Assembly (NCBI GenBank): GCA_964016885.1
Contig: OZ024740.1
Location: 341,434,001-341,498,000, forward strand
Length of the DNA: 64,000 nucleotides
Direction: 5' to 3'
Source of the DNA: Eledone cirrhosa
Taxonomy: Eukaryota
In this document: positions 24,807 to 38,900 of the stretch, piece after piece
How positions within the stretch are numbered: the stretch's first letter is position 1
Layout of the letters: every line of letters starts with the position of its first letter
Notes under the pieces: generated by a model
What the model saw: only the letters and a program-made list of their open reading frames with translations
Database searches by the model: none
What the model was told of the DNA's origin: nothing
Program-made: the position numbers and the translations under genes

Positions 24807-27800
24807 GTAAGAATATAGAACCACTACTTCTACTGACACTACTACTGTTATTCCAATACCTTACACTACAAAATACACCCATCACCATTGATTTGATAAA
24901 CTGCTATCTCTCATATGAATATTCTCTAACTTGTTTTATGTATTTGGTATAATATTTTGAATGACAGAAAAAATCTCTGAAGCAGTAAGATTCAGAAAGG
25001 GTTTGAACTCAGCAGAATTTTCTTTGCTATTGTTTGTATTACAAAAATCACCTTCAGGTTCAACTTATAAACAGCATTGAAAAGGGCTTATCTATTTTAC
25101 ATTAAAAAAAAAATATTGTGTTTTGTGAAGAATAGTGTTGTTAGTTGCAGGTTTCTAATGGGCCTATCATTGGTTCGCTGCAGTTAATTTAAAGTGATGA
25201 TGATGTCGCTGTTCAATTCAGGCAGAACAAATACTGCAAGGTATTTTTGTTCAAAAGCACCAATTTATCAATTTTCAACTTCCTGTTTATTTATCTGTCA
25301 CTGATGTATATTGGTGAAATATACATGCATATCGACACACAGCTTGTAAACTGTTCGAAATAGTAAACAATACTGTATGAAATAGTAAACAATACTGAAG
25401 CTTTTTCCATTTAAGTCTTCATTCTGATCAAATATCTTTTATATTATTTATCTGAAACGTTTTCAGATAAATAATATCGACACTCAGTAAAGTTTTCCAA
25501 TAATTTCTTCATAGAATTCACATGACCTTACTGCCCTGAATACCATAAAATAATCATAGTTAGAAACCTAATGCTAATATTTTAGCTATAACAGCCAGCT
25601 TTGTCCACCATCTAGTATACCATATAGATTAAAAGACAACTGACACTTTCCAAAAACCATTTGTTTCAATTTCATCTTTATTTTCCTCTACTGATATGTA
25701 AGAATGGGAGATGGAATTACTAATCCTACACAATATCTTTATTAGCTGACAGATTGTTGTAAAATTTGCAGTAAACTAAAGAATTAAATGTTTAAAATGA
25801 CAGTCATAGAGCTGTTTTATACTTTTCAAGAATGCTTGACTAATGTGGTTACATGTAATACAATACATTGAGTTGTACAGGACCTTACGAGTTCAACACA
25901 TGCACACACACACAGAAATGCTTGCACAAAGCTGAAATGTGTATCTGGCTCTTCTATGTCTCTTTGTCAGCTTGGTGAAAAACAAGGGATTGATGTCGAT
26001 ACAATGCTGATAGCCCTTGAGAAAACAGACAACTCTGTTACTCCAATGGATTGGATCAAGGACCAGTGGCCTGAATACATCACAAATGTTATGGTGTATA
26101 TATTTAATAAAATTGGAGTCCAGTTTGATAAAGAAGAAGTAACCTGTGCCTTGACGAAGCATAAAGGCAATACAGACAAAGCAGTTGATGAATGTATTAA
26201 ATCTTATCAAAAAAAGGTAACTTCATTTAATGATTTTCTCCATGTTAGAAATAATTAGTTGCTCCATATAACACAACCAACAATCTCTTCCTGATACACT
26301 TTGTTACATAACTTACAATATATTCCTGATACACATTATTACATAAATTATAATATATTCCTGATACACACTGTTACATAATTTACAATCCGTTCCTGAT
26401 ACACATTGTTACATAACTTACAATATGTTCCTGATTCACAACATTAATATACACATTTATGCTGTCTCAGTTACCTCTATACTATATATATATATATAAA
26501 TGTGCCCAGCCCACACTGTAAAGCGGTTGTGTAGGTACCATGACAAAAAACACCCAATCCACACTGTAAATGTGATTGTTGGTTGGAAGGGCATCCAGCC
26601 GTAGAAACCAAGACAAAATAAGTTCTGTATGAGCAAGATTCGATCATCTGACCTGGCTTGTCTCACAATGGGGCAACTCTTCTAACCCATGCTAACATGG
26701 AAAATGGACATTAAACAATGATGATGATATATAGATATACTTTGGCTGTGTAGCACACAACTTAATAACCTACCAACATGTGCACTAATATGAAATTAGA
26801 CATACATTTCATACCACTGTAAGGGATACAGTATATAAGCCTCTCACTTTTGTATTTCCTTGTGGTTGTTAAGAGGATATGCCTTCTGTTAAGATTAAAA
26901 GTATTTATAGTTTTTTTAATTAACAGGGAAATGCACATATTTTGCCTGTTTATATGTCTATATATTAAAAATGCATAAATTTACACAGGCTTGGTTACCT
27001 CTATACTGTATATCTACAGATGTATCATCAACATTATTGCCCTTTTACATTTGTTTACCCATGCTTGCATGAGTTGGATGGATCTTTTCCCACACACCAT
27101 CCCTCTACTCATCACAGTCATTCATCAACTCAACTGTGAGCTTGTTATTTAAAATCAGCTTTCACAACCATGGCTCAGATTTTCCTTGGCCTCCCTCTAC
27201 TGTAGCTCCCTTCCATTAAGATTTCTTGGAATTTCTTCACCCAACAATCATCATTCATATGCATCGCATGACCATACGAGTGCAAACATTCCTCGACCAT
27301 ACCAGTGCAGTCATTCCTCCTCTTGCACACATCTAATATCCAGTTTTTCTCACTGTCTATTCACATTAGTATTGCATATCCATTCAAGCATACTTGCTTC
27401 ATTTCCCTGGTGTCTTCACATTTCCTCTGCATTTATTTCCCATGTCTCACTACATTAGTGTCTTTCAGTGTCTGTGTGTGTTTGTGTGTCTGTCTGTCTG
27501 TCTGTGTGTATCTGTCAGTGTTTATCTGTGTGTGTCTGCCAGTGTTTGTCAGTGTGTGTCTGTCTGTCTTTCAGTGTCTGTGTTTGCCTGTCTGTGTGTG
27601 TCTGCTTGTGTTTGTCTGTCAGTGTCTGTATGTGTTTGTGTGTGTTTGTCAGTGTCTATTTGTGTGTGTCTGTCACATAAATACACTAAATTATTATTGT
27701 ATTTATTCCCCTTTTTCTTTTATGCACATCATCATTTCAGCTAAAGAAAGCACAAGAATTTGGTACTTTTTCTGAAGAAGCCTACAAACAGGCTTATGAG

Positions 27801-30800
27801 AAACACAGTGGAGATGTTGATCTTATTCTCCAAGAATTATTTAAGCCTAGTTTGGATGAATATGTGAAAAGAATTTGGGCTGAAAATGAGCCCCTCAATG
27901 GTTCATTATCAGCTGGTTTAATTAATCTTTTAACTGACACACAGGAAGATGTCCAAGTAAGTTTTGTAATAATTCCTTCAATCATATATTTAATTCAGTT
28001 ATTCATATTTAACAGAAGGTACATCTTGCTCATTATCATCATTATTATCATCATTATAGCTGGAGGCACATGGCTTAGTGGTTAGAGCATTGGTCTTGCA
28101 ATCGAAAGGTTGTGAGTTCAATTCTCAGACTGGGTGATGTGTTGTTTCCGTGAGCAAGACACTTTATTTCACATTGCTCCAGTTTACTCAGCTGTAGAAA
28201 TGAGATGATAGGGACTGGGGTCCCTATCATTCCACTGCAAAGTGGTCGTGCAGGTGCCACGGCAAAAAAGCACCCAGCACTCATTGTAAATGAGGTTGGT
28301 GTTAGGAAGGGCATCCAGCTGTAGAAATCAAGCCAGAATCAGTTCCCGTCCCACCCTTGCAAGCAGGGAAAAGCGGACGTAAAATGATGATGATGATATG
28401 TCTGTCTTCCATATTGGTATAAATTGGAAGGATTGTTATGGTTCACAACGCAACAGGATGGTTAAACATGTCTCCCTCATATGTTCCAACGACGACGAAG
28501 AAGCAGGCGTGTGTGCGAATGAAAAAGACGGGGGCGTTTGTGGCTCAGGTGTGATAGCGTCTGTGTCCAAGTGCGCTCATATGAGTCGATCAATAGAAAC
28601 TGTCTCTCTGGAACCCTTAATGTCCACAGTGAAATGTTTATCAAAATGAGCTAATACACGGTAGGGTCCAGAGTACGGTTGTGTGAGAGGTGGTCTCACA
28701 GCATCGTTTCTTACGAACACATGGGTCCACGAGGCAATATCTCTCAGGACTGCAGATTTTACAGTTTGTTTTCTCGTATCCATCGGCGGCAGGTCCTGAA
28801 AATAAGAACGCAGACGGGATACATAGGAAAGCGGATCTTGTGCAGCAAGATCGACAGGGGCAAGCGTTTGCCCAGGTAACGCTAGAGGAGCACCATATAA
28901 TAATTTGGCCGGGGAGAACCCAAGGTCCTCCTTTATTGATGACCGAATCCCCAACAACACAATAGGGAGGTACTCGCTCCAACGCGTAGAGTCAGAAGTC
29001 CATAGAGCGGCTTTTAGTTTTTGGTGGCAACGCTCCACCATTCCATTAGAGGCAGGATGATATGCAGTTGTTCGGATGCGTTTAGTGCCAATCATCTTCG
29101 TTAATTCATGGAAGAGATTCGATTCAAACTGCCTTCCACGGTCCGTGGTAATTGGCGTCGGTACTCCATATAGAGCGACACAAGGGCACGCGCTGTTGTC
29201 TCAGCAGTGATATCTTTCAAGAGGATGACTTCAGGCCATCGCGAGAAACCATCGATAACAGTCAATATGTAATTATGACCCCCGCTGATTGGCCAAGGTC
29301 CCACGATGTCCACATGAATGTGGCGAAACCAAGCGTCCGGGTTACTAAAAGTACCTAGAGGAGTCTTAACATGCCTGTGAACTTTTGATCTCTGGCAAGC
29401 AACACAGGAACGGCACCAAACAGTAATATCACGTCTTATATTTGGCCAGAAGAATCTAGCTGTTAAGAGTTTTACTGTGGCAGAAGATCCTGGATGTGAA
29501 ATGCTGTGTAAAACAAGAAACACAGTTCGACGATGGTTCAATGGAACAAAAAGGTGTGGCGCATCCAAAGAGACATCGCAGAGGATCCGTCCTTCTGCAG
29601 TCGACAATGGATAGGTATTTCATCATGCAATTCACAAATTCAGACGATGTAACATCCAACGATTCGAGGGTAGGCTGATCGGCTGCCAAGCGATTCAAAT
29701 CTATGTCATCGGACGACGAGATCAACGTAATCGCCAAACGAGACAGGGCGTCGACCGCTGTATTCATAGAACCCGGAATATGTTGAATATCATTAGTAAA
29801 TTGAGAGATGAGGTCGAGATGTCTAGTTTCTCTGGGCGAGTATTTGTCGGATTTTGCTTGCAAGGCGAATGTCAATGGCTTGTGGTCCGTGAAAATGGTG
29901 AACGTTCTTCCTTCAAGCATGTGCGAAAAATACTTCACCGACAAGTATATACCTAACAACTACCGTCCAAAGGTGCTGTAGCGGGTTTCGGCAGGTTTCA
30001 GCTTCCTGTAGAAAAATTCTGACTGTTGCTGTCGATCATTCCTACTTTGTTGCAAAACTGCGCCCACGGCAGTATCCGACACATCAACACAAAGCGAAAG
30101 CTTAGCATTGGACACTGGGTGAGCCAGCAAAGATGTATTGGCTAGAGCAATTTTCGCATTCTCAAAATCCTTGAGCTGAGTTTTATTCAAAGAAATGTTA
30201 TTATATTTATTTCGGCAATTTTTCAAAATTTCAGTCAGAGAGAAGAGCAGCTTAGCACAATTAGGCACAAACCGCCTATAAAAATTGATCAGTCCCAAGA
30301 ATTGGCGCAACTGACGAAGTGAGTTTGGTGGAGGCAAATCCTCTATAGCTCTAACTCTCTTAGGAAGAGGTCGAATACCGTCAGCGTCAACGACGTGACC
30401 CAAAAAACTCAGATTCGGAACTAAAAACACATTTTGATGGATTTATCCGAACATTGTAATCCTTCAAACAACAAAATAGAAGGTCCAGATGGCGTGAATG
30501 TTGCTCTGGAGAAGAGCTAGCAACAAGAAGCTCATCAATATATGTGTAGACAAAATCGAGGCCGCGAGTGACTTCATCCATAAATCGCTGGAAGGTGCTA
30601 GCAGCATTTCTTAACCCGAAAGGCATGGTGAGAAATTCAAAAGATCCAAATGGCGTAGTTATAGCCGTTTTTGGGATGTTGTCTTTGTTGACAGGAATCT
30701 GGTTGTAGGCTCGTATCAAATTGAGCTTCGAAAAAATGTTACAGCCTTGCAACGAGGATGCAAATCCTGCAGATGAGGGATAGGATATCGATCCGGTACG

Positions 30801-33800
30801 GTCATCGAGTTCAATCTTCTATAATCCCCTGTGGGTCTCCAATCGCCAGAAGATTTTGGCACCATATGTAATGGAGATGCCCACGGGCTCATGGAAGGGC
30901 GAATAATTCCGAGCTGTAACATATGACCGAACTCTGACCGTGCTGCTTTCAGTTTGTCCGCTGGCAATCAACATGGACGCGAAAAAACCGGAGCATCAGT
31001 AGTAGTAATAAAATGCTCCGTGGCGTAGTTTGGATCAGTGACTCCAAAATTTCCATTAGTCAGTTGCAGGAATGATTTCAACAATCCATGATATGAGTTT
31101 CCGGAGTTAGCGATGAAGAATGTGGGGCTAACTGCAGAAACTTCTGCTGTTCTGCCACAAAGAGAAAAACCAGTAATATCATCGACTAGGCGTTGGTGAC
31201 GGACGTCCACCGTCAAAGAAAAATGGTGCAGAAAGTTCGCGCCCAAAATCGGGTATGGGAGGTCAGCAACAGTGAAAACCCATTTGAAATCCCGACGAAG
31301 ATTTTGAAACTGAAGAGGAAGCGAGATCTGTCCAAAAGTTCGGATTGGTGACTGGTTGACAGCTTGCAGGAGTTACTGTCATACAATTAACAGGCCAGAT
31401 ACTGCACGAAGCTCCTGTGTCTACGAGGAAGGCTCTTCCAGACAGGAGGTCCTCTATGAAGAAATGGCGGTTCTGTCGTGTCTCGCAGAGTTCACTTGCC
31501 GCCTTTAGTGACTCTGATTTACGTTTCCTGCAGTCGAATAGCTACAAGATGGTCTGCAGTGCTTTGCATTTTCTGCAAAGGTGGCATGATACCAGCAGAA
31601 AGAAGAATTGCTGGCAGGCGTGCTGGCGCAACGATGAGAAGACGAGAAGGAACGCGAGCGTCTTTTTGACCGCCTGGGAGATGGCCTATTCTCCCTGCAT
31701 AAATTAGCTACCTGACGTGTCAATGCATCGATAGCCTGCAACATGACGTCTTCGCGTGTTGAGACGCGCTGACTCAAAACTGAGGAAGAAGCAACACAAG
31801 AGTCCGACGAGGTTGTTTGTCGTGAAAATTCTACTATCCGATCAGCCGAAGCAGCAATCTGCTCTAACGAGCTGGTATCGATCATGTTGGCCAATATCGT
31901 CTGGACGTTATTTGGAAGGCGAGAGAAAAATAGTTTTTTAATGGAGGAGCTGTCTTCGTCGGCTGATTCGCTCAGGTCTCGAATACGTTGTAAGAATTCA
32001 GACGGAGTCCTATCGCCTAAGCTCTCGTCTTCCAGTAAGGAACGAAATCTGCTTTCAGCAGATCGATAATTTCGTCGTAAAATTTCCGTCCGCAACGAAT
32101 CATAAGTTGTACCGAATGGCGGATCTGTGATTAAATCCTTTACTGAAGTAGCCAACGACGCAGGTATCCCACTAACCAGGACATTGAGCTTGTGTTCTGC
32201 TTTAATTCCGCAGGCAGCAAAATAGGCATCTAGTTGTGCAAACCATAGCTTAGGATCGCCAGAGAACGTAGGTAAATTCATACCACTCATTATGAGAATG
32301 TATCAGTCCACATAAAAATTCAAAGTGATATCCTGTTGAAACGAACGACACGAGGTATCGCTTCCGAGTGCCTTACTCAGAAAAATGAGATGTTTAGAAC
32401 AACGGGAAAATACAAAATTTCCTTAACATCCACGCATCAATAAAAACGTTCTCCACTATTTATACAAGAAAAAGTCATTTAGTGAATTGGCAAGATTCGG
32501 AAATTTAAGTCGCATGACAGTAAGACATAAGATACAAAAATGGCTTCAACGTTTCTTGTTCAAGAAGAAGTCATCCTATGATGCGGCTCAGCCAATCAGA
32601 TGGCTGCATTTCGGCCAAGAAGAAGAAATGGCTCAAAAATTGCCGGACAAGGTAGCCATGTAGAATTTTAAATTTTTTTTTTGTTTTGTTTTTTTATAAT
32701 AAAATATATATATATATATATATATATATTTTTTTAAATGTTCAATATTGTTAAGCACTGTTTTAGTTCTCAATAGTTTCTATTTGGTTTTTTTAAAGTC
32801 ACTGTTTTCGTAGAAGAAATGTTACGTTCAAGATGTGGGAAGAGAAGTTGAAAGTTAACAGATGAGAAGGCGTTTTTTTCTGTCGGGGTCAACCACTCTA
32901 GAAGGCTACCTGATTCCCATTACAGAAGTGAATCAGATATCTTTTTAGAAAATACAGCATAACCAATTGTATATAATAAAATATATTATTTTATTATAAG
33001 ATAATAATTGTTTCTACTTTAGGCACAAGGCCAGCACAGGCACCCAGTACATTACTGGTACTTTATTTTATCGACCCCGTAAGGATGAAAGGCAAAGTTA
33101 ACCTCGGCGGGATTTGAACTCAGACTGTAAAGGGTCGTAACTATGCTAGAAAGCATGGCGTCCAACCCTCTACTGATACTGCCAATTCACCGCAATTATA
33201 AGATAATAATGATGGCAGTTTAACGTAGCACAAAATTATGCGTGTCGTCCCTTCGCAAGTTGCCACCGGAGAGTGAATGATTTGGTGACGTCAGAGCTAT
33301 GTGCCGGTAACTCTGCATAGCTGTCCCCAAGCACATGACAGGTGTCACTTCACTACAAGTGCTTTATAATGTTATAAAAAATTATGACCTTAAGAACACC
33401 AAACAATTGGAGAATCAGCACCATTTGACATCAAGTAAAGCAGCTATGTATCCTCTATATATCTTCATCACCATTGTTTCAATGTCCACTTGCCTTGCTA
33501 GCAATGTATGTATATATATATATATGTATGTATGTGTGTGTGTATATATATATATATATGTGTGGGATGGGGTAAGTAGAGAAGACTATCAAGTGGCCAG
33601 GAGGGAAGCTAGGAGACAAGTGTACTTCGCAAGAAGGGAAGCAGAGGAAAGAAAGTTCAAGCATGTTCTACAACGCGAGGACCAAAAACGTGAGGTGTTC
33701 AGGATTGCTAGGCAATGTGTCAAGGAAAACCGTGATATTGTCGGAGAGAAGTGTGTCCTTAATGATGATGGTGTACATGCCATCACTGACGCTGATAAGA

Positions 33801-35934
33801 AGGTAGCTTGGAAGTGTCACTACGAAAGGCTACTAAATGAGGAGAATAAATGGGAGAAAGACAGTCTCCCCCACATCGATCCAATAGAGGGACCAGCAGT
33901 GCTAGTTGAAGGTAGTATAATAAGTAAGGCAATCAAAGATATGAAGACGGGTAAGGCGGCTGGGCCTTCGGAAATAGTTGCTGAAATGCTGATAAGCATC
34001 TGGAACGGTGGGACACACTATGGTCACCCGGATAGTAAACCAAGTCATACAGAATGGGGCCGTTCCGAAGGACTGGCGTAGCAGCATCATCATTAACTGC
34101 TACAACGGTAAAGGAGATGCCCTAGATAGGGGTAACTATAGAGGCATTAAATTAATCGACCAGGTCATGAAGGTCACAGAAAAAGTAATAGCGCAACTAA
34201 TCAGAGAACAAATTGATCTAGACGAAATGCAGTTCGGGTTTGTGTCAGGTAAAAGTACCACAGACGCTCTTTTCATTGTACGACAACTACAGGAGAAGTA
34301 CCTAGCTAAAAGTAAACCCCTATACTTAGCTTTTGTTGACTTGGAGAAAGCCTTTGACAGAGTCCCCCGCTCCATTATCTGGTGGGTGCTTAGAAAACTA
34401 GGTGTTGATGAATGGCTTGTGAGAGCTATACAAGCCATGTATAAAGAAACAGTCAGCAAGGTTAGAATTAACAACGAATAGAGGGGAGAGTTTAGCGTAA
34501 AAGTTGGTGTTCATCAGGGCTCCGTTCTTAGCCCCCTACTATTTATTATTGCCCTTCAGGCTATAACAGAGGAGTTAAAGACCGGCTGCCCATGGGAACT
34601 TCTATATGCAGATGATCTAACACTCGTAGCTGAATCAATGGCTGAACTAGAGAAGAAATTCCAAACATGGAAGCATGGCCTAGAATCAAAAGGCCTTAAA
34701 GTTAACTTGTCTAAGACTAAAGTTCTAGTTTGTAGGAAGGAAAATAGGGCACCGGTCCCATCTGGGAAATGGCCATGCTCAGTGTGTAGGAAAGGAGTAG
34801 GCAGAAACTCCATTTTATGTCCCAAATGCAAAGTATGGGTGCATAAAAGATGTAGTGGGATCACAGGTAAGCTAACTAAGAATATAGATTTTATATGTGG
34901 CCGGTGCTCTGGTGCAATAAGTAGCAGCAAGTGCCCACAGAATACTAGCTCATTCCATTGCACAGATGGTTCTATAGAAATAGTGGACAGCTTCCGTTAC
35001 CTGGGTGACAAAATCAGCAGTGGGGGAGGGTGCTCTGAAAGTACAGTAGCTAGAGTCAGAACTGGATGGAAAAAGTTCAGAGAGCTTATACCACTATTAG
35101 CCGCTAAAGGGTTCTCTCTAAAAATGAAAGGGAGGCTGTATGATGCCTGCATACGAACAATAATGTTACATGGCAGTGAGACCTGGGCATTGTGTGCAGA
35201 GGATATACGCAGACTGGAGAAACAAAGCTTGCATGCTCCGCTGGATGTGTAATAGTAATATACATGAAAGGCAAAGCATAAACGAACTAAGGGAGAGATT
35301 AGGAATAAGAGGGATCAGATGTTGTTACTCGAGAGAAGACTACGTTGGTATGGTCACGTGATGAGCATGAAAGACGACAGCTGTATAAAAAGTGCAGGGC
35401 GATAAAAATAGACGGTAGCCACGGAGTAGGCAGACCCAGAAAAACCTGGGACGACTTGATAAATTTCGACCTCACACAATTACACCTCTCCAAGACAATG
35501 TCACTGGATCAAGAGCTTTGGCGCTACACAGTCATACAGAAGACCCGCCTTGAGTAAGACTTGCCTAAGTACAAAGCGAAACCTACAGTCAGTAGGCACC
35601 TCTAACAAAATACACCCCTGTCCCACTACCCCCACCCCCTTAAATGTGAAGTTATGTTGGTACCACAACATCCAGTCCGAAACAAATGAGGTCGTGTAGG
35701 TGTCATGACAAAAAAACACAGTCCACGCTGCAATGTGGCCGTGTAGGTAACATGGTAAAAACCTCCCAGTCCACACTGTAAACATGGTTGGTGTTAGGAA
35801 GGGCATCCAGCCGTAGAAAACCCGCCAGACAGTCCTATACGAGCAAGACAACAAATCTTGCCTCAAGTGGGAAAACTCCCGTCCAAACCCATGCAGATGG
35901 ACGTTAGGCGGCGGCGGCGGCGTATATATATATT

Positions 35935-35987
<53 letters not shown>

Positions 35988-38900
35988 CCGGGTTCCTTAT
36001 AGTTACCATCTACTAAATTCATTCACAAGTGGCAAGAAGCTATTATAGAAGTTAATTCCCCAAGATGCCATACATTGAGATAGCTCTCTGGTATTATATC
36101 TGAAATAGTACATTATGTTATATCTTGTAATTCTGCTGTTCATTCACTTTAATTATTTTATTTATTTTCAGAGACGTGTTAGAGCAGCCTATTCTGAAAT
36201 TCCGTTCAAGGGTTGGCGTCGAGCTGAATATGTTATAGGTATCATTGATAAAAACCTACACTCTCTTGAGAACTGTGATATTGCAGATATTGTTGAAATT
36301 GTACAGAATACAACTAGTATGGACCTTGCTTTGAAACAATTGAAAATTGAATGTAAAATCTGCTTTAATTCTCAACCCCAAACCAAGGTAAGGACTACAT
36401 CAATCAGGCAAGTCTCTGAAATTTCTGCAATCAATCATTGGGTGCTATTCTAGATGTTTGATTGTGTGTACATCATGGCATTTTTGTGGGCCTTAGAAAT
36501 GCTTGGCAGTGCCTATCTCTTCTCCAAGCTCTAAGTACTACAATACCACAACCCACACTATGTGCACTATGAACCATAAACCCCAATACAATTTACACTA
36601 CGCATTGCTTTCTTATGGTTGATAATGAGTCAGTTAAGCATACTAAATGTTCAAGCCATCCTAGTCGATGCATGTGATCAACGGATCCTTTTCACCTCTT
36701 TCATTAATAATTCCACCCTCTTGTATATTTCACTATACCTTTCTGTCTCTATCAACACCATTCATCTCTTTACCTCAGTCCACTATAAACCTACAAACTC
36801 TTCACCATCTTACTGTGACTTTTCTTTCTCACATTACATATAAAACACATACAATCTACCATCTCTTTTTCATAATTTCTCAAGTTCAACCTCGTTTGCA
36901 GCTGTTACTTTTTCCTCTCACATTAGTACCCCAATATGTTGTGGCCACTGCTTTCCATCAAACCCAGATCAACTTCTGCTTTTTGCAATCAAACTCTATA
37001 ACCACTCCTCTAAGCTTTCACTCAAGTATAAATTTTTATCCTTTTTGAAAGAGTGAAGTGTTCCCTCATCCCTAGCCTCCACTTGGTCCTGCTCCCATAC
37101 TTGTTCCTTCTTCTCACAAGCCACAAGTTTACAGTCAAAGTGATCACCTACATTACTAGTATATCCTCCAAATATATTGTATAGCATGCAAGTTTTACAA
37201 TGTAGTGTATAAAGGGTTTGCATTTGGGTGAACATTTTTGTAATCATCTTTTCAGTGTTTGTAACAATGCTCAGGGAGTCCTCCCTTAACTTGTAACCTA
37301 CCACTTTAACTTACCCAACTGCTCCTCTAACCACTTCTTAGTCTGTGGTGTTCCATAACACTGGTTCACCTCTAAACCTGTTCTTCGCGGTGTTAAGATA
37401 TTCTGCAGCTTATTTTGGTTCTACTTTACACCCTACCACCTTCCTACACTCACTTCAAGTGTTCTCATCCTCTCTGTCTTAGATCTGTTTTATATACATG
37501 TGAGTTTGTTTATAGGCTTTTTATATGAATGTGTATACTTCTATACACTTGTGTTTGCATAAGCATTTGACAATTGCATCAGCCCACTCTGTAAAGTGGT
37601 TGTGTTAGTGTCTCAACAAAAAGCCCCCAGCTCACACTGTAAAGTGGTCATGTAGGTGACATGACAAAAACCGCCCAGTACACACTGTCAATGTGGTTGA
37701 AATTTGGAAGGGCATCCAACCATAGAAACCAAGCTCAAATCAGTTCTGTATGATCAAGAAATGGTCGTCTGACCTGGCCTGTTTCACAAGGAGACAACTC
37801 GTCTAACTTATGCTAATGTGAAAAAATGGATGGTAAATGGTAATGATAATAATGATGATGATGATCCTGTCAAGGAAGCTATCTGTTTTTAATATAGTCT
37901 AGCATCATGTTTGTTTCTTGTTTCTTACTCCTTTTACCACTCTCTTCCCCACTTTTTCTCACTTACTCCTTTTACCACTCTCTTCCCCACTTTTTCTCAC
38001 TTACTCCTTTTACCACTCTCTTCCCCACTTTTTCTCACTTACTCCTTTTACCACTCTCTTCCCCACTTTTTCTCACTTACTCCTTTTACCACTTCCTTCC
38101 CCACTTTTTCTCACTCCTTTTACCACTCTCTTCCTCACTTTTTCTCACTTACTCCTTTTACCACTCTGTTCCCCACTTTTTCTCACTTACTCCTTTTACC
38201 ACTCTCTTCCCCACTTTTTCTCACTCCTTTTACCACTCTCTTCCCCACTTTTTCTCACTCCTTTTACCACTCTCTTCCTCACTTACTCCTTTTACCACTC
38301 TGTTCCCCACTTTTTCTCACTTACTCCTTTTACCACTCTCTTCCCCACTTTTTCTCACTTACTCCTTTTACCACTCTCTTCCTCACTTCTTCTCCCTTAC
38401 TCCTTCTACCATTCTCTTCCCTACTTCTCTCTTTACTTCCTTTCTATCCCCTGTCACATTGTTTCTTCACATTATTCTACTCATCATTTACAAGCTTGTG
38501 ACTTTGGCAACACTGTTTTTCTCTCAACCTCTCTCTCATGTGAAAGCAGTAGCAGATTAAAACTTTGTGCTCTAAACCACATAAAACTTGGAAGCTCGTT
38601 AAAAATATTTACTCCTGATCACACAAAAAAATGAAAACATGTCTTTTGATTATTTTGAGGCTCCTCTTATTTGAGTCCCTAAGCACATGCTTATTTTGCA
38701 TAATGGTTAATCCAGAGCTGAGTGAAAGGTAAGGGCTCAAAACATTAATTTCCTCATAACAAGTAAACTTACTGAACTCATCTACAAACTTTCATATAAA
38801 GTCAGTATTTACTTTAGCTGTGAACATTTAATATTTCTGCATATCTTTCTTTCTCTTTTTAGATTATGACTCTCTGCTCTTGTGATTGTAAATTCTGCAT

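Noticed and set aside
24021-25850. Loose 90-bp similarity upstream of two consecutive exons (about 24021-24110 and 25751-25850)
   Set aside because: Too AT-rich and diverged to distinguish from an old repeat or chance.
27305-27775. Cys/Val-rich ORFs
   Set aside because: Translations of a (GT)n microsatellite; the real exon starts at 27741.
37907-38634. Three overlapping 200-aa ORFs and a CRISPR-like periodicity
   Set aside because: Head-to-tail 38-bp minisatellite with no spacers, in eukaryotic DNA with no cas genes.
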